Shown here piece by piece: positions 1 through 6,248 of a stretch of DNA of 11,567 bases. This stretch comes from Armatimonadia bacterium. GTDB taxonomy: Bacteria > Armatimonadota > Zipacnadia > Zipacnadales > UBA11051. The DNA lies in assembly GCA_039683575.1 (NCBI GenBank), contig JBDKRC010000336.1:1-11567 (forward strand). The letters run 5' to 3'. How positions within the stretch are numbered: the first letter of the stretch is position 1; every line of letters starts with the position of its first letter. Both the position numbers and the translations under genes were made by a program. The notes below the pieces were generated by a model that was not told the origin of the DNA, searched no databases, and saw only the letters and a program-made list of their open reading frames with translations.

Positions 1-471
1 GGCGTTCGGGTTGGGCTGACGGTACTGCCGCATGACCTTGCCAAAGGCCAGACTGAGGTGTTCGCCGGTCCCGGCGTCGCCGCTGGCGGCAAAGTAGCCG
101 CTGATCACCACCCCGCAGAGCGTGGCGATGAAGTAGTCACCGGTGGGCGCGCCCTTGCCGGTCTTGCGCAAGGCCACTGCCGCATAATCGAACTTGCGGC
201 CCCTCGCGCAGGCATCCATGATGGCGGGTGACATGTCGTCGGTCGGCCTGGTGATCTCTACGGTGCTGCTGGGCATCAGCAGGCCGTCAGGCTCATGCAC
301 AATCGGGCATGAAAAGCTTCTGCCCTCGAACCAGCCCCGATGCTGAGCCTGGGTGCACAGCCCGGGCAGTCCATCCAATTTGAAGTACACGGTGTAGGCG
401 GCCCAGGCTTGGGCGCTTGGGACAAGGAAGAGCACCAACAGGGCGATGAGACTCAGATGACGTCGTTGCAT
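1..471 (-). CDS. Hcp-like (T6SS tube, PF05638-like) protein with N-terminal Sec signal peptide; 3' end runs off the window
   Basis: Manual translation from ATG 471 is open to base 1: MQRRHLSLIALLVLFLVPSAQAWA-AYTVYFKLDGLPGLCTQAQHRGWFEGRSFS...VEITRPTDDMSPAIMDACARGRKFDYAAVALRKTG...DYFIATLCGVVISGY...EHLSLAFGKVMRQY. This follows the Hcp pattern (F-K-DG-G---H--WI; D--SP-L--AC--G; V-ISS; E-VSL-F--I--EY). SD GAGGTG lies upstream. Confidence 0.85.
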   Translation of the reverse strand, partial: MQRRHLSLIALLVLFLVPSAQAWAAYTVYFKLDGLPGLCTQAQHRGWFEGRSFSCPIVHEPDGLLMPSSTVEITRPTDDMSPAIMDACARGRKFDYAAVALRKTGKGAPTGDYFIATLCGVVISGYFAASGDAGTGEHLSLAFGKVMRQYRQPNPNA

Positions 472-570
472 CAGAGCACCTCTTCCCGAATCATGCTTCA
501 GACCGGCTGAAATGGCCTCAGCGGCTGTGGAGGCCGATTACGGCGAGGCCTGGTTTGGGATGCCTTTCAC

Positions 571-999
571 TCACCTTGTGAGCTTATCCAAGCGAGTGAT
601 CCCATTCAGTGACGAGAGCTTGCGGTCAAATGAGTAGAGGCGCCCTTCGCACTCTGCCATCGCGAGAGCGCAGGCGCAGGCGTCGCCGAAGTGGGGAACA
701 TCTGTCGCAAACAGTGCGAGCGCCCTCAAGTACAGGTCTTTCCCCGGCATGAGGAGCCCAGGGGCCAGTAGCAAGTCGGTCAGGCCCTCGCTGATGCGTT
801 CGCGGGGAAGATGGTAGACGGAGCCTAGAACGAATACAACCTCCGACAGAATAACCGGATCGCACAGCAGACGCCGCTTACCCGTGCTGACGCCCCGCAT
901 GATGTCTTGGGCGGCCTTGTCGTGCCGAGGGTCATCCCGCACCAGATAACGAACAATCACATTAGCGTCGACGGCGCACACAGGCTCGGGGTCAGTCAC
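571..999 (-). CDS. vapC: PIN-domain toxin (VapC family ribonuclease)
   Basis: The four acidic PIN positions are present: VDANVIVRYL, LSEVVFVL, FGDACACALA, LYSFDRKL. GTG start with GGAGG upstream; overlaps the antitoxin gene by 8 nt. Confidence 0.9.
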   Translation of the reverse strand: MTDPEPVCAVDANVIVRYLVRDDPRHDKAAQDIMRGVSTGKRRLLCDPVILSEVVFVLGSVYHLPRERISEGLTDLLLAPGLLMPGKDLYLRALALFATDVPHFGDACACALAMAECEGRLYSFDRKLSSLNGITRLDKLTR

Positions 1000-1240
1000 T
1001 CATGGCCTCCTGTGCGACGGCTCTCTCCATGATCTCATGTTCCTTCTCATGCGTCATGCCAGGGATGGCATACTCTGCGAAGATACCGTGAAGTTCCTCT
1101 ACTGATCGCACTCGCCGAAGCACTACTTCATTGTCACGAACTTCAACTTCCATGCGCGACCGCGGCTTAATACCGAGTTTCTTACGGACGTCAACAGGTA
1201 GGGTCAGCTGTCCCTTTTCGGAAATTGCTATTGTAGTCAT
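992..1240 (-). CDS. AbrB/MazE/SpoVT-family antitoxin, 82 aa
   Basis: ISEKGQLTLPVDVRKKLGIKPRSRMEVEVRDNEVVL is a swapped-hairpin signature. Start moved to ATG 1240 because SD GAGGTG precedes it and the longer ORF overlaps the promoter. Confidence 0.92.
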   Translation of the reverse strand: MTTIAISEKGQLTLPVDVRKKLGIKPRSRMEVEVRDNEVVLRRVRSVEELHGIFAEYAIPGMTHEKEHEIMERAVAQEAMSD

Positions 1241-1262
1241 ACATCTCACCTCAATGACTACA
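1232..1262. promoter_or_regulatory. Inverted repeat, probable TA autorepression operator
   Basis: Perfect 9-bp arms TGTAGTCAT (1232-1240) and ATGACTACA (1254-1262) with a 13-bp spacer; spans the predicted transcription start, SD and start codon. Confidence 0.65.
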
Positions 1263-1289
1263 TTATACCCCATTTCCTACCTAATGCAA
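1262..1289 (-). promoter_or_regulatory. sigma70-type promoter of the TA operon
   Basis: Minus strand reads TTGCAT-N16-TATAAT, ending 21 nt upstream of the antitoxin ATG. Confidence 0.75.
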
Positions 1290-1310
1290 ACGTGCTTACA
1301 CGGACTGCAA

Positions 1311-1341
1311 ACGGAGGGCCAGCAAAGCGCCAGCCCTCCGT
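1311..1341 (-). terminator. Stem-loop downstream of the first aminotransferase (possible terminator)
   Basis: ACGGAGGGC / GCCCTCCGT 9-bp arms, extendable with G-U pairs on the minus strand. The U tail is short. Confidence 0.5.
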
Positions 1342-1342
1342 A

Positions 1343-1374
1343 CCTGATCCCTGAATCCTGAGACCTGATCCCTG
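1343..1374. repeat. Heptamer tandem repeat CCTGANN x4.5
   Basis: CCTGATC CCTGAAT CCTGAGA CCTGATC CCTG, abutting the stop codon at 1375. Confidence 0.8.
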
Positions 1375-2646
1375 CTACTTCGCGTAGTACCGGCCGACCT
1401 TCAGGATCGCCGCCGCAATGTCCTGCATGTCCTTGACCTCGTACGTCGGGTGGGTCGGGACGAAGAAGGTCTTGGGCTCTACGTCTGCGGCGTTTTCGCA
1501 CAGGACGTCCTCGTAGTGCGTCGCCTCGGGCCGGGCTGCCGGGTCGTTGAACGGGTAGTTCAGGCTGCCGAAGCCGTTGCGGTCCTGGAAGACGCGCTCC
1601 TTGTAGCACTGGGGCCACAGTACCGGACCGGCCGGGACGCCTTCCTTGGCGAGGGCCTTGAAGAAGTCCTTGCCGCCGATGCTGATCTTGTCGGTGTCCA
1701 GCACGATCGGGTACAGCCAGTACGCGTTCTTGCGGTACTCGTTGTTGACCGGCAGGGACGCGATCCACGCCTCGTCCTTGAGCGCCGCATCGAGGATACC
1801 GGCGTTGCGGACGCGGTTGGCGAGGTTCCAGTCATCGAAGATCTTCAGGCACTCAATGCCGATGGCCGACTGCATCTCGGTCATGCGGTAGTTGAAGCCG
1901 ATGGTGTTGTGGATGTACGGCAGCTTCTCTTCGAGTTCGAGCAGTCGGAGCCGCTCGCGGACGTCGTAGCCGTGGTCGCGGAAGGAGCGCATGGTCCAGA
2001 TGGCGTCCTCGTCGTTGGTGACGACCGCGCCGCCCTCGCCGCCGGTGGTGAAGTGCTTGGACTGGCAGAAGGAGAACGCGCCGAAGTGACCGATCGTGCC
2101 GGCCTTCTTGTCGCGGATCTGGCCGCCGTGGGCCTGGGCGCAGTCCTCAATGACCTTGAGGTTGTACTTCTCGGCCAGGGCCATGATCGGGTCCATGTCG
2201 CACATTACCCCATACAGGTGCACCGGGACGATCGCCTTGGTCTTCTCGGAGATCTTCGCCTCGACGCTCTTGGGGTCCATGGTGTGGCCGTTCTTCTCGA
2301 CATCCGCGAAGACGGGGATGGCGTTGGCCTGCAGGGCGCAGAAGCACGACGCAATGAAGCTGTAGGGGGTGCAGATGACCTCGTCGCCGGGGCCCACGCC
2401 CGCGCCGGCAAGGGCAGTGTGCAGGGCACTGGTGCCGTTGCTGGTGGTAACGGCGAACCTGGCGCCGGCCCACTTGGCAAACTCATCCTCAAACTTCATG
2501 CCGATGTCACCGGTCCAGTAGTTCACGCGACCGGTCTTGAGCGGCTCTACCGCGGCGTCAATCATCTCGGGCTGAAAATACGGCCAAGGGGGGAAAGCCT
2601 CGGAACGAATGGGGCTGCCACCTTCACATGCTGGTTTGTCGGACAT
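1375..2646 (-). CDS. DegT/DnrJ/EryC1/StrS family PLP-dependent aminotransferase, 423 aa
   Basis: Motifs SNGTSALH, GPGDEVI, PVHLYG, IEDCAQAHG, SFCQSKH (PLP lysine), GEGG and GFNYRMTE. ATG 2646 is preceded by AGGAGG. Confidence 0.95.
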   Translation of the reverse strand: MSDKPACEGGSPIRSEAFPPWPYFQPEMIDAAVEPLKTGRVNYWTGDIGMKFEDEFAKWAGARFAVTTSNGTSALHTALAGAGVGPGDEVICTPYSFIASCFCALQANAIPVFADVEKNGHTMDPKSVEAKISEKTKAIVPVHLYGVMCDMDPIMALAEKYNLKVIEDCAQAHGGQIRDKKAGTIGHFGAFSFCQSKHFTTGGEGGAVVTNDEDAIWTMRSFRDHGYDVRERLRLLELEEKLPYIHNTIGFNYRMTEMQSAIGIECLKIFDDWNLANRVRNAGILDAALKDEAWIASLPVNNEYRKNAYWLYPIVLDTDKISIGGKDFFKALAKEGVPAGPVLWPQCYKERVFQDRNGFGSLNYPFNDPAARPEATHYEDVLCENAADVEPKTFFVPTHPTYEVKDMQDIAAAILKVGRYYAK

Positions 2647-2677
2647 CTCTCTCGCCTCCTGAAGACATAATAGATCG

Positions 2678-2706
2678 AATATACACGTTAGGATGAAACT
2701 GAGCAA
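2678..2706 (-). promoter_or_regulatory. Possible sigma70-type promoter of the first aminotransferase
   Basis: TTGCTC-N17-TATATT in a locally AT-rich stretch. Confidence 0.5.
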
Positions 2707-2782
2707 GTCAGGTTCGCCGGAGGGAGGGGAGATACCTTCTGTCGGCGGACATAGGCAACACTAGCCAGCGGTATGGCGGGGC

Positions 2783-4282
2783 TTAACGCCTTGCGCCTTG
2801 CCGGCGGAGGAAGGTGACAATCTCATCAAAGTCCTGTGCCGCGCTGAGGGGCGACTGGCCCTTGTGTTTGTAGTTGACATCTGCGCCGAGTTTGACCAGC
2901 GCCCGGCAGGTCTGAAGGTCTCTGCAGGAGGCGGCGGCGATCAGCGCCTGATTGACATTGGCCCCGTGGGCAATGAGATACCGCAGCGAGCGCTCATCCT
3001 TACGCTCCAGCGCGATGCTCAACATTGACACACAGCCATCACAGCCGCTGGCTGCATTGACGTCAGCCCCGTGGTCAACCAGCCACTTTACCATCGGGAA
3101 GTTGCCGATAGCGGCCATTAGAGCGGTGTCAGTGGCGCAGTCGCCGCCGCTGCGCTCCTCGAGTTTGGCTCCGCGTGCCACGAGGTACTTTACTAACTCG
3201 AGATTTCCTGACCTGGCGGCGAGGTACAGCGGATGGTACTCCGCCCCATCCAGGTCGAGAGAGGCGTTAGGGCCAATGCCACGCGCAATGAGACGCTTGA
3301 CGGCCCTGAGGTCGCCGGCCGCTGCAGCCATGTGGATACTGTCATCGCGGCGCGCACCACGCTCGACCAGCAGCGCTGTCGCTTCCGGTTGCCACAGGAA
3401 GGCGTAGGATAGCGGGGAACGGCTGTGTTTGTCCTTTGCATTCGGGTCAACACCTTCGTCAAGACGTTGCTCCAGCACACGCAGGTCGCCCTCGCGAGCG
3501 GCCTCGAAGATGCTCTTTGAGGCTTGGCATCTGGCGTCTATCACGCGAGCATTGGCGTCCTTGCCTGCGTTTTTCGCGGCCCATATAGGGGTGGTACCCT
3601 CGTAATCCTCCACCATCAGGTCGGCTCCTGCATCGCAGATGATGGTGACCGCCTCTTTGGAGTCGGACATTGCTGCGTAGTGCAAGGCCGCCTTGCCACT
3701 ATTGTCGCGAGCCTTCACCTTGGCTCCAGCGGCCAGCAGCGCCTTGATAGTGGCCAGATTGGAATACTCACAAGCCAGGATGAGCGGTGTCTTGCCGTCG
3801 TTGTCAGCTTTGTTAGTGCTCGCTCCCGCGCCCAGCAGCAACTCGGCCACCTCCGAGCCGCCTGACCGGCACGCAATCATGAGCGGCGTCCGCTTCCAGC
3901 AGTCTGCCGCATCCACCGTGGCTCCTGCTTCGAGCAGCAACTCGCAAGCCGTTGCTGTCTTGCTCCCGGCTGCGGTGTGCAGAGGGGTAGAGTCCTCCCA
4001 TGCCCGTTGGTCCACAGGCGCGCCCCGACGCAGGAGCAGTGACAACACTCGGCGATTGGGGCGCTGTGCTTGTACCAACCTGTGAATTGGCGGCCCGCCG
4101 TTGCGATCAACAGCCGTTGGACTTGCCCCCAGGTACAGCAGCCCCAGCGCCAGACTGGGGTGGTCCCTCTCGATAGCCTTGTGCAGCAGCGTATCGCCCT
4201 TGATGCGCACCCTCGGCAGCACAACTGCCGCCAGGGCAACCGTAGCCAGCCCGATGATCACAACCAGTCTGCGTCGCTTCAT
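2783..4282 (-). CDS. Ankyrin-repeat protein with N-terminal signal/membrane anchor, 499 aa
   Basis: More than ten ANK-like repeats (TPLHTAA, TPLMIAC, TPLILAC, ALHYAA, PLYLAA, LVxxGAxVN). MKRRR is followed by hydrophobic LVVIIGLATVALAAVVL. Start chosen at ATG 4282 (GGGGGA upstream). Confidence 0.92.
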   Translation of the reverse strand: MKRRRLVVIIGLATVALAAVVLPRVRIKGDTLLHKAIERDHPSLALGLLYLGASPTAVDRNGGPPIHRLVQAQRPNRRVLSLLLRRGAPVDQRAWEDSTPLHTAAGSKTATACELLLEAGATVDAADCWKRTPLMIACRSGGSEVAELLLGAGASTNKADNDGKTPLILACEYSNLATIKALLAAGAKVKARDNSGKAALHYAAMSDSKEAVTIICDAGADLMVEDYEGTTPIWAAKNAGKDANARVIDARCQASKSIFEAAREGDLRVLEQRLDEGVDPNAKDKHSRSPLSYAFLWQPEATALLVERGARRDDSIHMAAAAGDLRAVKRLIARGIGPNASLDLDGAEYHPLYLAARSGNLELVKYLVARGAKLEERSGGDCATDTALMAAIGNFPMVKWLVDHGADVNAASGCDGCVSMLSIALERKDERSLRYLIAHGANVNQALIAAASCRDLQTCRALVKLGADVNYKHKGQSPLSAAQDFDEIVTFLRRQGARR

Positions 4283-4409
4283 CTGTAATCCCCCAGGTAT
4301 GCAAGCGTTTGCTTCTCTTGGTGCAAAATGCGCCAAGGGCGCAAGTTCTTCCCGTCTATGGTCTGCCATCGTCAGGCATTCCTTCCGCGCGGCGAGAGAC
4401 CTTCCGCTA

Positions 4410-4438
4410 TGGCAAAGCGCTGCGAAATGCTGTAGAAT
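4410..4438 (+). promoter_or_regulatory. Probable sigma70-type promoter of gltX
   Basis: TGGCAA-N17-TAGAAT, 65 nt upstream of the ATG. Confidence 0.5.
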
Positions 4439-4503
4439 GACCGCTCACCAATCCCACAGCCATTCTTCGCTTTTCACTCACTTACCCTTCGAGGAGCCTC
4501 ACC

Positions 4504-5985
4504 ATGTCCGACGAGATCAGAGTCCGTTTCGCCCCCTCACCGACGGGGTTTATGCATATCGGCAGCGTTCATACTGCGATGTTCAACTACCTCTTCGCCC
4601 GCAATGTGGGGGGGAAGTTCATACTGCGCATCGAGGACACCGATGAGGTACGCTCTACCGCGGAATCAGTAGGCGTCATCTATAGCGGGCTCAAGTGGAT
4701 GGAGATGGAGTGGGATGAGGGGCCGGACGTAGGCGGACCCTATGCTCCCTATGTACAGTCGGAGCGGCTGGACATCTACCGCAGGTACCTTGACCAACTT
4801 CTGGCCGAGGGCAAGGCGTATAAGTGCTACTGCACGCGCGAAGACCTGGAAGAGCAGCGCCAGATCATGCAGGCTCGCAACCTCCCGCCGCGCTATGAAG
4901 GTCGCTGCCGGACCGCCGAACCGCGGGAGGGGGCGGAGTACTGCATACGTCTCAAAGTGGCCGAGACCGGCAAGACGGCGTTCAATGACCTCATTCAGGG
5001 CGAAGTGGTCAATGAGAACGCCCTTATTGGCGATCCCGTGATCTGCAAAACCTCGGGGTTCCCGACATTCCACTTCGCAGTGGTCGTGGATGACTATCTG
5101 ATGCGGATCAGCCACGTAATTCGCGCTGCGGATCATGTTCCGAACACGCAGATCCACGTTCAGCTTCAGGACGCTCTGGGGTTCCCACACCCGCAGTATG
5201 CGCACCTGCCGCTGATCCTTGGCACCGACCGCACTAAGCTGGGCAAGCGCCACGGCTCGGTCAGCGTGGTCGAGTACCAGGAGAAGGGTTACCTGCCCGA
5301 GGCGCTCTTCAACTTCCTGGCGCTGTTGGGGTGGTCGCCGGGCAGCGAAGAGGAGATATTGTCCCGCGAGGAGATCGTCAAGCGGTTCACGCTGGAAGCA
5401 TGCAGCAAGTCTCCGGCGGTTTTCGACATTGAGAAGGCCGAGTGGATGAACGGTGAGTACATCAACCGAATGGTCGGCGAGGAACTGGCGGAGCGCGTGT
5501 TGCCGGTGCTCGTGGAGGAGGGGCTGTTTGAGGCGGAGCCGACCCCCGAGCGGCGGCAGTGGCTGGCGGCGGTATGTGAGCTCATGAAGGAGCGCGCGCG
5601 GCTGCTGACGACCTTCACTACGTGGGCGCGGTACTTCTTCAGCGACGAGTACGAGTACGAGAACCGGGCGCGGGAGAAGTGGCTGGGGCGCGAGGACACG
5701 CCGGAGAAGCTCGAAAGTATGGCTGACAGGCTCGCAGCGCTACCGGAGTGGACGGCGGAGGCGCTGGAGGCGGCGGTGCGGGGCGAGGCGGAGACGCGGG
5801 GCGTGAAGGCCGGGGAGATGATCCATCCGACGCGGGCGGCGGTCAGCGGCACGACCGTGGGGCCGAGCCTGTTTCACCTGCTGGAGCTACTGCCGCAGGA
5901 GACAGTGGTGGCCCGGCTGCGCAAGACGGCGGAACTGAGCCGGGCGGGGGAACTGGCGCCGCTGCCGGAAGAGGTCGCGGAGTAG
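4504..5985 (+). CDS. gltX: Glutamate--tRNA ligase
   Basis: RVRFAPSPTG, HIGS (HIGH motif), LRIEDTD, YKCYC, VVDD, KLGKR (KMSKS motif), LLGWS and a full C-terminal anticodon-binding domain (so not GluQ). SD GAGGAG. Confidence 0.97.
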   Translation: MSDEIRVRFAPSPTGFMHIGSVHTAMFNYLFARNVGGKFILRIEDTDEVRSTAESVGVIYSGLKWMEMEWDEGPDVGGPYAPYVQSERLDIYRRYLDQLLAEGKAYKCYCTREDLEEQRQIMQARNLPPRYEGRCRTAEPREGAEYCIRLKVAETGKTAFNDLIQGEVVNENALIGDPVICKTSGFPTFHFAVVVDDYLMRISHVIRAADHVPNTQIHVQLQDALGFPHPQYAHLPLILGTDRTKLGKRHGSVSVVEYQEKGYLPEALFNFLALLGWSPGSEEEILSREEIVKRFTLEACSKSPAVFDIEKAEWMNGEYINRMVGEELAERVLPVLVEEGLFEAEPTPERRQWLAAVCELMKERARLLTTFTTWARYFFSDEYEYENRAREKWLGREDTPEKLESMADRLAALPEWTAEALEAAVRGEAETRGVKAGEMIHPTRAAVSGTTVGPSLFHLLELLPQETVVARLRKTAELSRAGELAPLPEEVAE

Positions 5986-6000
5986 GCAGGTATGACCTGA

Positions 6001-6040
6001 AAATGAAAGTGCCCGGCAGATCCGCCGGGCACTTCTGATT
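6001..6040. terminator. Intrinsic terminator, probably bidirectional
   Basis: 11-bp arms AAGTGCCCGGC (6007-6017) and GCCGGGCACTT (6024-6034) with a 6-nt loop, between convergent genes. Minus-strand tail TTTCATTTT; weaker plus-strand tail. Confidence 0.85.
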
Positions 6041-6068
6041 CGTGACGAAAGAGATCAAGCCCCAGAGG

Positions 6069-6185
6069 TCACTTGATCTTCTTGGGCTCGCAGAGGTCTT
6101 TCTTCTTCTTTGAGGTCGCGCCGCACTTTTTGCACTTGAAATTGCCCGGCTCTTCCGGTGCGGTCTTCTTGCCTTTGAGGCACAT
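6069..6185 (-). CDS. 38-aa Cys/Lys-rich microprotein, putative metal-binding
   Basis: MCLKGKKTAPEEPGNFKCKKCGATSKKKKDLCEPKKIK*. It has a GAAGGG SD-like sequence, its own promoter upstream and a terminator downstream. Too short for the ORF track. Confidence 0.8.
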   Translation of the reverse strand: MCLKGKKTAPEEPGNFKCKKCGATSKKKKDLCEPKKIK

Positions 6186-6216
6186 GACGCTAGCCCTTCG
6201 CCTAAAGCATAACCAG

Positions 6217-6245
6217 ATTATAGACGGGTTCGGCCACGATGGCAA
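6217..6245 (-). promoter_or_regulatory. Near-consensus sigma70 promoter of the microprotein gene
   Basis: TTGCCA-N17-TATAAT (11 of 12 consensus positions). Confidence 0.85.
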
Positions 6246-6248
6246 TAC

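Noticed and set aside
506-535. Short inverted repeats between vapC and the Hcp-like gene (e.g. GGCCTC/GAGGCC)
   Set aside because: Stems of about 6 bp without a U tail are expected by chance at this GC content.
2174-2200. 27-nt exact repeat also found at 6985-7011
   Set aside because: It encodes the conserved DMDPIMALA segment of both paralogues with preferred codons; no need to invoke gene conversion or a mobile-element end.
1450-2670. 406-aa plus-strand ORF (and the 355-aa ORF at 6579-7646)
   Set aside because: Antisense shadows of the high-GC3 aminotransferase genes; no recognisable motifs.
4283-4369. 29-aa upstream extension of the ankyrin ORF
   Set aside because: It would bury the signal-like N-terminus; ATG 4282 gives a typical basic-plus-hydrophobic start.
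4439-4503. Possible T-box or other leader upstream of gltX
   Set aside because: The leader is only about 60 nt and pyrimidine-rich, with no T-box consensus or terminator.
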